This document shows positions 36,506 to 50,795 of a stretch of 64,000 nucleotides of DNA, one piece after another; within the stretch, counting starts at the first letter, position 1; each line of letters opens with the position of its first letter. The translations under genes were made by a program, and so were the position numbers. The DNA is from Marsupella aquatica (lineage: Eukaryota > Plantae > Marchantiophyta). The stretch is from positions 30,263,112 through 30,327,111 of the forward strand of contig OZ316891.1 of the NCBI GenBank assembly GCA_973895155.1. The letters are read 5' to 3'. The notes below the pieces were generated by a model. It was not told the DNA's origin and searched no databases. It saw only the letters and a program-made list of their open reading frames with translations.

Positions 36506-39500
36506 GGTAAGCATAAAAGCTGATCCCTGTCAACCGAAGTCTATCCAGTACTTGAGCTCGAAGGTACACAACCTTAGAGGCCGGGAGAACATGCCTGGGA
36601 ATTGCCAACCGACTGGACGTTCTCAGCCAGGTGAAATAAGACACCATGAAAGACTTTTCTAGGCACTACTCACCTGGCTCACGCAAGAACTGAAGAAAAG
36701 CTGGGATAGCTATACTAAGTGGTCGCTTTGTTCTTCACGCATGGAAAACAAAATCGGCCCACCGAACTGAGGAATTTCCTTCAAGAAGCAGTCTCCTATT
36801 CGATGAAATTTCCAGAGGGGTACAGTGAGATATTTTAGTGAGAAATTTAAACTGAGGAGTTGTCGCCTCGCAGGGCGCCGACTCTAGACATCTCTAGACT
36901 CTGGACACAATCCAATGTTCACGTGCCATGTTGCTTTCGCCATTAATTAACCAACTCAAAACAGGGAATGGTTGAAAGTTTGAACCCATAGACCATCGTA
37001 GAATATTCTCGAGACAGACAGCTCACAGGCGAACAATTAGGAAAGCTCTTTAATTATCATCGATTTGCGTTGTTCCATTATTTCTTTCCGCGAAAAACTT
37101 CTGCATTCCGAACCACACCAGCATGACTTCCTCACCTATTGCGTCGTCTGGTGGTTGTAGAGAAGCTATTGTCGTCTACTACCGGTAAAGCCTATGACTG
37201 ATGGTGTGATGTGTAACATGGGACCACGTGAATTGGTGCGGAGCACTATTAGAAAGTCAGAACTCAGAAGTGCCCAAACAACTACAATTGCGGAAAAATT
37301 CTTAGGACAAGATCAAATCCAATTGCAGGAGGTAACTGGGACGGGGACATTCTCTCATACCGTATCTAACGCTGACTCTTACCTCTAGTTAAATAGAAAC
37401 GCCTGTCGATCCATAAACAATTGATATGATTGTAAAGTGGCTGTCGACACTGTAGATGTCACAGAGGATAGAGCAGAAAAGTGCTTCAAGATACAAGTAA
37501 TATTTGAGGAGCATTTTACTTCTCTCCAGAACCCTTCTTTGAATGAAGTCACTGGAACTCGAGGTAATTAACCAGTCGTGTTCCCCATCATTCTGCTACA
37601 CGGAAAAGAAAAAGTTCATAGCCACCACCAGCGAGATCATTATATAGGCTGGGAAAGGAACATTGGATGGGGAGTAGCGCCCGGACCAAGTTCACGTGCA
37701 CTTCGACCATTCCCAGCATACTTTAGACCATTCATCCCTGCTGTCAACTAATCAGTCCAGATTCGATCCAGTGTCCACTATGGGGACTTAATCAATTCAG
37801 GGGCAAGAGAAACACATGCAGGGCTACAGTGGTTGGGCTGGTCTGGCCTAGCGGACTCGTAGAGGAGGGGTTGGCTCTGGCTCTGGCTCAGTCTCTACCT
37901 GTAGCCCGCCCACTCATGATCACACGAGTTGCATCGTCGCTTGAGAGGATTGTGCGCATCATTAGATGTGCGGCAAAAGGTCTGTACAATGAGTGATTGT
38001 GTTCGACAGAGGGTACAGGACATGACAAACAAATTAGGGTCCCATCCTCATACGGTAATCTAAGCTGCTGTCGGCTACTTCTACTTGTACTACAATCTCT
38101 TGTCAAGTTGTCAAGGAAGGATGACGCCGTACGTAGACATGACAGTTGCACGCAACTCGTCAATGCGGTATCCTAGCTAGCAAGTAGTTTTCTCTGTTGT
38201 TGGTGGGGTCCCGATTCCATTCGTTATAATCTCCACAGTCCACAACGTCGATTGCTTTGAATCAGATCACTAGATCAGGTACCAACGAGCCGAATCCTTG
38301 TCCTCTGAGTCCCGTCCAAGTTCTTCTTTCATGCTCTAGCAGCCATTGCCACTCTAATAGTCCAGATCAAATGTCTCACGGGAGTGAGTCAGTTGATAAG
38401 GTCTATGGCGGACGGGTGATCTTCAATTAATCCTTGAAGCAATCATTGCCACTGTATTGGTCCAGATCGATTTTGTTTTGTTTTGTTTGGAAGAAGTGAA
38501 AACCTCTATCTGGGCTTTCTCAAGGAGTGTGCCACTCCCTGTTGCAGTAGTTAAATAGTTGGTCTGGCTGTTGCCCTTCCTCTTGCTTCCTCTCTTGGTG
38601 CCGCCCCTGGCCCCCCCTTCTTTTGGCACTTCCACCATTGTCCCCCAGTGACTACCCCCTTTTGTGTGCCACTTCTGTTCCAAGTTGGTTTTTTGAATGA
38701 AATTCAATTTGGTTTTTGGAGGAAAAAAAACCTCGAAGGAGAGTTTTAATAGACAGGAGAAAGCAAGGGCTCTTTTGCCTTTTGCTTCCCCCATCCGTGG
38801 GGTTCACTTGGAATAAGAAAAACAAAAGACAGGAGAAAGCACTCAGCGCCCAAAGGCTCCCACATGGCTCACTGGCACAAGAAGTAGGAGCAAGGGCAAA
38901 TTATTTTTTTGGCCAAAATTTGCCACATTTCACCTCCTCCCCGACCTCCTCCTGAAATCATTATCCACTCTTGGCTAGTATTTGCCACTTTTTGTGGGTC
39001 TTATTTGCCACTTCGCCTCCACACCAAAAGGTGCATTACCCACAATCTGCTGGCCTTCCTTAAATCTAAATAAACCTAACATAGCAGGCACCAGACCCAG
39101 AAGCAACCAGGAAGGGGGGTGTACTCCTAAAGTAACACAAACAGGCCCAATGCAAAGGCCGTGCTAAGACAAGTAACACAGTTACCAAACTTAGCCTAAA
39201 ACGAGGGGTCTATCTCCAAGTAGAGGAGGAATACACGTTCCCCACATTGCAGCCAGGACCCTTTTCTCAGAAATGGGAAGGGCCGAGAACAGCGCTTTTT
39301 TAAGTGACAACAAATACTATATTCCGCCTCGCTAAATGTCCTTTCCACGCTTGGTTGAAATTCTCCAGGGACAAACCCACCAAGTTTATTAATAAGGTTA
39401 AACTTAGGGATAGAAGGGCACACAAACACCTAAATTTAACTTTGATTATTAATGACCTTCATGAATTTTATCTTTTAAAATTTTGGTGCTTTTAAAGGAG

Positions 39501-42500
39501 AAGAATTCATGTTTGGGTTCGGGATCTAAACGTGCATTCTACTCATCTGACTATTTTTACTATAAAATAGTCAAAATAACTCTCCTAGGCCATTAAGTGA
39601 ATTAATGTCCTGTTATGAGGGTGTTATGGAGTTGATTACCCTCAAAGTTTGAGCTAAAGCCCTCATTTGGGGGACATCTTATGGGCAATACTTACACAAA
39701 GAACATGGAGCTGGACCATAACATGCATGGAGGTGCTGAGAGCCAAAAAGACCATGAAGGGCAGTCACAGAAAGCCCTACCATTCAAACAGAAGAACCAG
39801 CTTACTGTTGTAGTCATATTAGCCAAAAACTCTACCATCCAAACAGAAGAACCAGCAATCTGTTCTAGTCTGAACAGCTGAAAACCTAACGAAACCAGAT
39901 CAAGCGTCTTGGGGGAATGAGTTAGTTGATGAATTAGATGGAGTAGGGGTTAAGTAACGATGATTCTATTATACAGTTAAGAAAGAAAGCCTGGATAGAC
40001 ACAAAGGTTTGACAAGGCACACTATGGACTTAAAGAAGCCTATTAGACACAACATAAATTTTGCCTCCCATTTGCTCCTATTTTGTTACACTATTAGCCT
40101 GAATGCCCAAGCTTTGTTCATGAATAGACAATGAGTAATATCATGTCCATTTCCAATTTCACCCGGCACTCTCTAGATCGCTGTCTAAAGACTTCACTCT
40201 AGCTAATAGACCTTAGAACTAGCTTTTGACTGCACAATATTAGATTGATGAAATTTTTTAATGGTCTATGGGAGCCCTTCTTTGTACTACTAGGATAAAG
40301 AAAATAATGAAGAATGGTCCCGCTCCAAAACGAGGACTTGCACGAAATGTCCACACACGCACACGGTACCAGTCGTGTACCATAGTAAAAGTGCGCAGTA
40401 CGCTTTGTCTGTGGTGTGCCTGCCTTCCACAATAAGTTCCACACACAGTACTATATTCAGAGCTCCTCGTGGAGCGATGTCGCCTCCTGTTGTATAGTCC
40501 TGTCCCGTCCTACAACAACCACGATATGAGTCTGATATGAGTGATTGCAGGAGTAATTTAAGATCCGACATTCGAAGTAAACGCACCAGACTTTTACTCG
40601 TTTGCAGTGTTATACATTAGATACTAGACAGGAAGTCTACTTTAAAGATTGCAGATCTACTACAGATGTACACTGTACCCTGGGAGATGTTAACATATTA
40701 CCCGAATCGATAGCATGGGGCGCATGTAGCATCGCTCCAGTGACACAAAATAATGGTAGAGAAAAGGCCCTTGCATGCATATCGTCGATCCGGACTCTAC
40801 CTTGATTGTGTTGAATGATTGTTGGGTCCAAACTGTTCTCAACGTTGTTGTTCCAGATCCTTTATGGAGGAACCTTCCATGTCCTGGCGTTGTAATGAAT
40901 GATTGTTGAGGGGAGTTAGACCTGGACTGGAAATTGTTCTACAGTAGGTGCATCATCGAAGACTCATGATGCATGAGAGTTCGTACTGTGGGATTGACAG
41001 ATAATTGGACCAGATTCTTCATCGAAATAGTACTTTACCTGGAGAGCATGATGACTGTCCTCACGTATTCCCCTTTGTAACCTGATCCCCTTCCTTCCCT
41101 GATAAACGGTGTCTTGTATGAACAACATTGAGCAATCACAATCCCTATGCTGCGTTCTAATTAATGCTTGGGTAACGATAGTGGCAGAGTCAAATAATTT
41201 TCTTTATGAAATTTATATAGTATGAAAATTGAGGTTCGTACGGACTACCAGATTAAACAAAATGGTTTTGGGGGGGGGGGGAATCAAGGCCTATTTGGAC
41301 TGCCACTTTAACACAGAGATTTCAATGCACAAAAATCTTTTTGACACCAATAAAATCTTAGCTGTGGCAGCCTAGGAAAGGGCCTTGGATTTGGATATGA
41401 AATTCAAAGGATTTGGACCTCTAGGGAGCATAGAGGACTAAGGTCATTTTGTGTGAGGTAGACTGGTTTTAGTAGCAGGCTAGTTTTAGTAGCAAAGTCA
41501 TGCTCTAATTCTAGCACTGATCCCATGCCCCCCTAACTTTAGGATTGGTACATGTGGGTTCAACTAATTTTAGCATTCCCACACTATTTTCTGATTTAAA
41601 AATACATTTTAATATGATTTATTTGGGGATGTGTATCCCTTGTAATCAGTTCAAGTTTGTCAAATGTGTGATCCACCAGAGGTTTGGTTTCCTATATCTT
41701 GCATTAGAAAATTGTGGGGTTTTACAAGTATAAATTATTTGAAATTGTCCTGGGAAATGACATTTGTGGATCTCGATCTCCTCAATCGGCTTGTTAAGGG
41801 TTGTGACATTCACTAAAACCCTGATCACTCTTGATAAGAATCCCAACATGATTATGTGCTAAATTGTGTAATGACTAGCTCAATGCTTGTGTTTCAGAGA
41901 AAAGTCAAGGTGAGACAAAGAAACGCGCCCGCGCAAGTGAGACAAGAAACTGTTGTTATTGTATTTTTGTCTTTTGAAATATTCATGTTATGGTTGTGGA
42001 AGTGTCATCATTTTGACTGGGTGGTGGGTATTGCTGGCAAAAAATTCTCATTTTGGTCCATTCTACTACCTAAAGTGATGTTGGGGAGAGCAAAGGTCCA
42101 GGCCAGTGCGGTCACACCATCAATGCTATGTGGAGGGAGAACAGTTCTTCTTTTTCTTCCTTCCCTTTCTCTTCTGCTCTCCCTCCACCCTCCTCCCATG
42201 TGCCCCTGCCCTCCTTCCCCTTTCTCCCATCCCTCTCTCCATGCAAGGGTGGGTGCAAGGGTGGGGTGCAAGGGTGGTTGATAAATGAAATGCACTTTCT
42301 TCATCTAATATCTACAGCCATAGATCACCCTTCACTCGAAGCAAGGCTCTTGCAAAGACGTGTCCATGCAAATTTCTAAAGCAAGCCTCGGCGCTCTGGT
42401 GGGTCTGCCTGACTGCGTGCTACTGATATTCCACCTTCAATGGACTTGGTCACCTCGCCTTCAATCAGAGGGACTCGCCCCGGCATCATTCTGACTAATC

Positions 42501-45500
42501 TACACGTACTGGGAAGTTGCAGAGAGGACGACAGAGTCACAAGAAAGGAAAGGTGTTTCTCTGTGTTATGATGGTTGCGTTTAATATTGAAGTGAACTTA
42601 CGTCCAAATCTCTAGCTGCCAGAAACTGTCAAAGAGTCAGACTGGCCGGGTCACAAGGTGAGCCTCAGCAGGTTTCCCAAAACTCCTGCACCTAGGTGAA
42701 ATTTCTAGACTCGATTGACTGCATTATTTTGTCATTCGGTGAGAGCGTCAACATTCTATTGCATGCATTCGCTTGAATGATCGAGTCTCAGTACTACATT
42801 ACGGTTCCCGCCTGCAATCTTCGAAAGATGCTGCAGATCAGACAAGAAGAATTGTCCAATATTCGTACTCGATAGGGCAGGACGGAAATGGCCACTTCTT
42901 TTTGGCTTTGGAAAGTCCATTTAATAACCAGCGAATACGGAAAATATGTCGACATAGATCTTGTCCTCTCACTACATATTGTACAGTGGAAAATAAAACA
43001 TCATCCAACGGTAAAGGGGTGTCTATTCTTACGACAAGAACGTTGGTGGGTGCCTCTGTCAAAGGATGCGAAAAGAACTCTTTTACAATCTTACTTCACT
43101 TCAATCATCTTGGAAACAGTGAGGAAAAGTTTGATGGGCCCTTGCCAATGATAATGGAGAGCGAATTTCTGTAGGGAACTGAATGACGACAGAGCTACTA
43201 GAAAGAGAAATAATGGAGATCGCCAGGCAGTTCTCTCTAAGATTATTGGGAGTATCGAACAGTCAGCACGCTTTTGTGCAGCTAGAAAGTGGAACTAAGT
43301 GGACTAAAGTGCAAATTTTCAAATCTGCCAGTCCCTAAGAGAGAGAGAGGGAGAGAGCTCTGACACTCTTCTTTTTATGAGGAATCCAAAAAGCTGACAA
43401 CTGAATTAGGTAATGCTCAAATCGCCGAGCATGGAAGTTTCGCGAGTTGCTTTCAGCCCTTGATTTTGTGGCATACCCACCACGCCAAAAAATACAATAC
43501 AATTCGTCATGATTGTTTTGTTGTAGAACAATCCGCATCTTCTATCATTACTACTATGATAGATCGAGATTGGGGTCCTGGCATTCAAATTCAATGGCAG
43601 TACTTTAGCGAATCCGTAGAAGAAAAAGCTATGCGAGAACTGTTTCAGGAAGTGAAAAGAACGAGTAAGACAGGCACTTATGATGTCAAACTATGAGCTT
43701 CTTCACTGTGAGAGGCTGAACCTAGAAGTGTCACATGTATGTAAATCCTTCGTTACCCGTGCAATTGACGTGTTTCAACTTTCAATACTGCTTTTCGCTT
43801 GTGAACACCTTCGTCCTTGTTCTGCTGCAACCATTAGTATGGTAATCTATCGGTGATCATAACTCCCTTGTCTCTTCATTAAGAAGTGGTGCGAACAGAC
43901 AGATGGTGTCTAGGCTGAGGAACACCAAGGTCACAGATTGCCCCTGGTGTTGGACAGTCTGGATGATTTTCCGGGAGCTGAAAATTATGGCGTGACATAC
44001 GAAACCAATCGGTAAGTTTTAGATATGTACCTGGGTCAGTGCCTCTCACTAAAGGGAAATCTAGACCGTTCTTCGATTATAAACTATGCCACCAAGATAC
44101 GCAAGAGGAATATACTCATTAAAAAAATTGGATGAGTCAGACAGTAAACAATCTGGTACACCTCTAGATTCAGACACTCTGTTTTCTAAAATGCTGAAAT
44201 CATTACGAATTATAAAGACAAGGGCCTGAAATTTGGACCTGGAATCCTCGTGACAGCTTTACATTATTATGAGCTACTCATTGTATGCAGTTGAACCATG
44301 CTCACATCGGAAAGTCTCCAGACTATTGATTTCTCTCATAAGAAATACGAAAACGGCAATTTTTCTTGGAGATCGGTGACCGACCAGATTTATTCCCTAC
44401 AGTAGTCTCGCCTTGAACAGCAATACATGGGGCATTGTCATGCCCAGGATTGGTGCTACTGAAAAGGGATAGCCCTCCTTCCCGTGCGATTATTATTTTT
44501 TTAAATCTTCCGTGGAACTGAAAGTTGATCGTTCAATTCTCAACATAAATGTGGGCTGCCCCAGGGAGGCTGACATTCCGCGTCCTTACTACTACTACTT
44601 CAACTCGGTATCGTGTCTGGCAAAGAACAGAGGCACAGTTTGGCGAAAGCACAGCCCATGTCCGATTTGTGTCAAGTCTGCTTGTTTCTGCAAAGCGAGA
44701 GGCTCCGTGATTGAAGTGGTCAAGGTGGAAACAACAATGCCATTCTGAAGAGAACGAGGGCCATAATTATGTACCGTGTTGTGCCTTTACTAGACAAGTT
44801 ATAAAATCTCCCCGCAAGGTACTACTTTTATATTGCGGCACGTACGAAGAATTAAAAACGGGTTGGAACATTCCTCCGGGTTCCAGCGAGGGAGACAAGT
44901 AATGGTTCTTCACTCTCCTGGCCAGTTCTTGCCTGCTCGTAGCCCGATCCCGTCCCGATCTCGTCGTGGCTGTTCTCCTTCCCCTTCAGAGCACTCAGAT
45001 GATTCAGATCCCTTTGTTGTTGGCATAATCCCAACCAACATCAGCTACAAATGATAGGGAGGGTAGCAGGGCAGGAGATCCCCGTGACCAGATAGAGCTC
45101 CCAAAAGAAACAAAGGGAACATTCTTTTGCGTGTATCATGGGACTGTCACTGGCTTGATTCAATCATTCTGGGCTTATTTAGCTCGGCTGTTTTTTACAT
45201 TGAAAGGCGTGTCTCTCTGTAATAAGTGAGTATTTAAGTCGCATCTCTTGAAGGTCTACAAGTCTACAGCACTGTGTACTGCTGACTGACAAAACCTCAG
45301 ATCTACAGTCCGAGTTTTAGTAAGGAGAGGAGTCAGAGCTGCAGGCAGGACTTCCATAGCTAGATTAGATTCTGGACTAGTGGACTAGCATTCCTCGAAA
45401 CTCATTATTGGTTAGCCATTGGGGCCCATCATTCAATCTTGTCCTTAATGGCACGTTGCCCATTACGCACACAGGTGAAAACATGAGGAGGTGGTGATTT

Positions 45501-47825
45501 CCCAAAATATTACTTGTGGTACTCTATCCACATAAGTGCATAGCTTGTTCAACATTAGGAGTCCCAGGAATAGCTGGAGTCTAATAGAAGCAGCCTTCAT
45601 TGTGACAAGTGAGGTTCAGAAGTCACTTTTTTTTGCCTTGAAACGTCAAATTGAATTCCAATCAAAGGGACAGCATATCAAGTGGATCAACTTTTGCACC
45701 ACCTCATCCCTAAGTGAATTTCACCAAAGTCCTTTGCACAGAAAAGAGTTGACACTAAGAAAAATTGAAGGACATTCTCGTATTAGCTAATAGGAAATAG
45801 CTGGCAGCATTGTTACTCCAACAATAGTTCTAAGACCACAGGTCTGTAAGACTCTAAGACTGGAAGACTGACCAACTTGTATCTGTGACCTCTTCGATTA
45901 TCTGTCAATTGTAAAAGGGTTTTAGAGTTACCAGCCAAGGGAACCGAAAGGGGAGATGGAGAAACAGGAAAGGCTTTGTCAATAAGATTGTGTTTTTACT
46001 TCTGCAGTTTTTACTGTGCCAAAAGTCAAAATTGACCACCAGACAAATGGGACATTTTTTGAAACACAATCTTAGAGTGACAGACTCTATTCATGCTGTA
46101 AAAGGATGCCAAAAGCTCAATAACATGCTCCCTTTTGATGACATGTCTATTGTGGCCTGGATTGACATGTTAAATTTTTATTGCTATTAGCGTTGTCCTT
46201 TCTATGTTACTGTTAAAATGATAAAGTCTAATATATGAAGGACAAGACTTTAGGGGACTGTGCAATTTGTGTGACAAACACTAAACACGGTGGACAGTGT
46301 GTAGCTGGCAAAGGAGTCCAAGAATGTCAACTTGGGGGGTGGGGGGGCGGCCAAGGTAGTGCTCACTATTGGATCAATAAGCTAGACCGTTTGACAAACA
46401 CAAATAAGTCAGTTCCTATGATTAATCATTGAAGGCACTAAAAAGTTCCAATTATTGAGCGAAGATGTAATGCATGACCTTCACATTTGAAAAAAAAACT
46501 TGTCGAAATGGCTCAATCAGTGAAAGAAATTGAGAAATACATTATCAGTTATTGAAAGGAGACCCTAAGTGTGCATTTTCGAATAAGTACGTCTTACGAG
46601 TACTTGGTAAGTGCAAGGGCACAGGGGTCACGGTAGAAGGGCGGGCAGCATAGGGAGCGGGTCCCATGTAAACTGGGCATTTTAGGAATGCTCATCCAGA
46701 ATCTTTGACCACGAAGTCTCAAGCTCAATGATATTCTGATAAGTTAGTGCTCTCCTGTACAAACAAACACAGCAGCTCGGGCTAACAGGAAGATCTAACA
46801 CTAGGCAATTTGCATGCATGACCCTTACACCATAATTAATGTGCTCTGCACCAATGGCCTAGTATAAAACAATTCTTTGACTAAGATTTGTTAGTGCAGG
46901 GACCCACTGAAGTTTAGTAATATATCTCTCTCTGCTGCGCATCATTTCAACTTTAAGAAAGGCAGTGTGTATTTTATGGATTGTTTTCTGTTTTGGGGTT
47001 TTTTATGCTTGCTGTGACGCCTGGGACGCAGGAGTCAGTCCTACAGTGGTCACTACGGGAGAGTTTCTCGTGGGTGGCCTTGACCACACCTCACGCCATG
47101 CCACCATGGCCCATTCTATCCATCAGAATTTCCTTTGATTATTTTAATGGAGAGCCTAAGGTTCCATGTGTGGGGAACACGGCTCCCAGGTGCAGTACTG
47201 GAGAAGTCTGACCTTCTGGAAACAATCATTGGCACATTGGATCAGGAGGGGGTGGGTGCATAACCCATCAATCAATGTAATAAGTTAATGTCACAAGCCT
47301 GCTCCCCTCAGCCCAGCACCACTGCCCAGCCCAGCCCAGCCCAGAATGCCCAGTGCTCCAGTCAGTCCAGCTCGAAGCTCAGCCTGCCCAAATTTGTTTG
47401 AGATAAGATACAGGTGACAGGTTGTTCCACAAATTCAAAAAGTTCCATGATTGGGTTATCTTTTTCATTTTGCCTTTTTGGGAGAAAGGAGCTCGATGAT
47501 TATGCTGGTGGCCACTACCCCACTGGCCCAGCTACTGGGCAGTGAGCTAGTCCTATATCACAATCATATTCTGCAAGAGTTTGCCATTGTTGTGGCCTGA
47601 TTGATTGCATTCTTCAAAAAATTCCCTCCACCAGGCTACAGGAGTAGGGCTGAACAGGGCAGGCTTCGAGGTCGGTTGGGTTCAGGACTTTCAGAGTGGG
47701 CCAACGTTGTTGATTGCAGGTGAAGAAGCGCCATTAATGCTTGTCATTATCAACGGTCAAAATACCCCCTCCTAGGCTCAGCTCACCAAGAAAATACTAA
47801 ATCATGGAACAGGTAGGGAGGCTTA

Positions 47826-48005
47826 TTGGGCTAGCCCAGTGGGACGAGTGGCTAGAGCATGGGGACCGGTGACCGAAATTGGTCTCTGGTTCAATTCCCC
47901 ATGGAGCGCGTGTCTTCCACTCCCACCACATTCTTATAAATCCATGGTACTTATAAGGGTGACCTTTAGAATATGTGAGGGACACTTGTGACGTGACTTT
48001 TTTTT
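47826..48005 (+). mobile_element. tRNA-derived SINE-like element
   Basis: Pol III box A TAGCCCAGTGG (47832) and box B GGTTCAATTCC (47888), followed by a T-run at about 47998-48005. No cloverleaf or TSD was seen. Confidence 0.5.
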
Positions 48006-50038
48006 ATCCAAAGGTGAAGGAACAGTTCTTGCTCTAGAGATAGACTCTACGATTAAAAATTGCAATGAAATTTAGGGAACACCTTTAGAGTTGGTCTATA
48101 ATTCAGACCAAGTAATCATTACACATCAGCATTTCTTTGGACCCACTGCTTGCTTGCAGCTCAGGGTCGGTAAACACCATACTGGAATAGGCCCCATAGT
48201 CAATTGTAAACCAAGTGCAGCATTTTTCCACGCACTTGATAGGGTCTACATTTAATCTATGAGAGAATAAAGAGAAGAAATGGGCCCAAAGTCTTCTAAA
48301 GCCACCCTATCTTTAGCATACATATCAATCTTGCCCCTACCCTTCCCAGCTTTCTCTGAACTTGTGTCATACATAGCTTGCAGGCAGATCTCCAATGCCT
48401 TAGGTGGCTTGTCTTCTGGGCTCAGTCAAAATCTAATGTTGGACACTTCCCTATTGTAGTTAAAGTATTCATTTGAGACAAATAATTGGTAATCATGGAC
48501 GGTAGGCATTCCATGACTCAGGCTAACCAGCTAAGCACATTGTTGAGTGTCCAGTTTAACTTAGGGATGTTGGCTACACTGATTACCATAATTAGTCTCA
48601 GACAGAGTATTTGGGAACAAAGGTTTTTGAAAGATGTCAGCATAATTAATGTGTATGAGACTATATAAGAAATGAGACTAAATACATGTTATTTTAAATT
48701 AGAGTAAGTGAGAATTTCTTTGTGACATTCAAATAGTGCGTCATGAACACATAATTATGTGTATAGCTATGAAAAGCACATTTTTTTCTAGTAGTAAGAT
48801 ATATTTGCAAAGACATATAAATTAAAAATGAATGTCAATTGAAAGTCAGATTTTATTAAAGTATGATGAAGTGAAAACCAGGTTATAAATACAATCAGAA
48901 TCAAACCAGAATGAATCACAATAGACTAAACTGTCTGCGTGAACTATTATTTCTATTTTTTGAGATTTGTAGTCACACCTTGTTTTTTTTAGGTGTTTTT
49001 TAGTCACACCCTTATTAGTGTGTGTGATACTATTTATGCAGGGCGACTATATAAATTATGATACTAATTATGGTAACCAATGTAGCTAATAGAATATTCT
49101 TTGGTGCAAACATTGGAGAGAACATTTAGTCCAGCAAGATAATTATCTGAAGCAAACGAACCCAACTAGACCTTGTGATAGAAATTGAATCTCTTCAGGG
49201 GGATTGAACCTATAATCATGTGGTTGAGTTCATTCCTGGCCAGTTTGGGTGTAGGGTACATTTTGTGGTTCATCACAAAAAAATTGGGGTCATTTTGATG
49301 TTTATTTAATGTAGAATATATCAGTGCTTATTCCTACATCTGTTTGGTGTTTTTTCTATGACACCAGATCAATAATATTCACCTAAAATATTGGATATAC
49401 AGTCACATTGAAATTAAAGATATGTACATATAATGCAAAATGGATATACATTTCTATACACCAACAATCTGGATATCAAATGGATATATGACCCACTTTT
49501 GTGATGTTAGTGAACGCAAGGAATGCCACATAGACCAGAGATCCAAAAGGTATGGATTTAATGACCCCATATTTTTTGTTTGGTACCTTAGAAAAGGAGT
49601 AAGGTTTCTGGAGTTCCTTTTTCAAATTTCAAAATTTTCAAATTAAATCCTGGTTCTCTCACTGGACAATGTTTGAGTAAGTCTCCCAGACTGACCCCTT
49701 AGTTCTACTTTTCCTCATGGCTCCTGAGTGGGTTGAGCTCTACCGGTCATCACCTGACTTCACTAGTGCAACTCTAATCAAGCATTAATTTTGCTTGATT
49801 GCTAATCAACAAACCTTAAGGTTGCTTGTGCCCTTGAATTTTTATTTTAACCTACATTGTTTTGTTTAAATGAACTAGTAACAACAATGAGAGCAAACCT
49901 ATCAAAGTAATATGAAGAGACTCTCAGTGACAGAATTGGCCTGAGTTACTTGGCCAATTTTGTTACTGAGAGTCATGGAACTCTACTACCCTACCACTTA
50001 GCTTTGGCGTCGCTGACTCCGAGTCAAGTTCTTCTCTC

Positions 50039-50373
50039 GGGGGGGTCACTATATAGAGGGCCATACATCGCGTGTGACGTTTTAGGATTTGACCCCCCTA
50101 GCTTATAAGTGAAAAATATATTTTTTGCAAAGCCCTTTCTTTCTTTAAATTTTGTCATTTCTTACTAAAAAACCCATAAAAACTTTAAGTAAAGTATTTT
50201 TTACAATTAAATAGGCCTAAAGTATGTGTTCTTTAAAACCAACTAGTCAATAAACATGCCCTATGTGTTCTTCCACAAAACTTTGAAAATCTTTTGCCAC
50301 ACGTTTAAATGGGCCTAATTATACTTTGTCGCACATGATGTGCCACTTCCGTGGAAGTGACCCCCCCCCCCCC
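50039..50373. mobile_element. MITE-like element with poly-G/poly-C-tipped TIRs
   Basis: The left end GGGGGGGTCACT..ACATCGCGTGTGAC pairs with the right end GTCGCACATGATGT..AGTGACCCCCCC. The interior is AT-rich. No TSD was identified. Confidence 0.65.
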
Positions 50374-50450
50374 TCAAGGCTCTTCTATGGTCCAGGCCTC
50401 CAGAACGGCCATCCAATGGGGACTAAGTATGGGGAGACTAGTGGGCAATG

Positions 50451-50795
50451 TGTTAGGATTTACTCTTAGGTCTAGAGTTACGACTGTACCGTAGTTAAGG
50501 CTAACCTTAGTTGTAGACTTGGTTATGTTAGTCATGTTGTGCACACTCTATACCCAAACGGTGTTTGCTTGGAGAGTGGGAACTCAGGCGCATTGTTACG
50601 GAGCTATTTGAGAGATAGAGAGAGCTTGCGCTATGGATGCTTGGTATGGCCGGTCGGCCTAGACTGCAGTAAAGCTCTTGTGTGTTCCCGTGGATGTAGT
50701 CTCATGTGGAGGTGAACCACGTATCTCTCTGTGTCGACTCTTGTGCGTTGGATGGTTCATGGGCTTGTCGTTGTGATTGTCGTCTATGCTCAACA
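50451..50795 (+). mobile_element. Solo LTR of a Ty1/copia-type retrotransposon (345 bp)
   Basis: TGTT...AACA termini with an exact 5-bp TSD CAATG (50446-50450, 50796-50800). It contains the copia-type LTR motif CCCGTGGATGTAG...GAACCACGTA. Confidence 0.93.

Noticed and set aside
41856-43174. ORFs of 141 and 133 aa
   Set aside because: Non-ATG starts, low complexity or no motif, and no supporting splice structure.
47826-47905. tRNA gene
   Set aside because: A and B boxes are present but I could not fold an acceptor/anticodon cloverleaf; treated as SINE-like.
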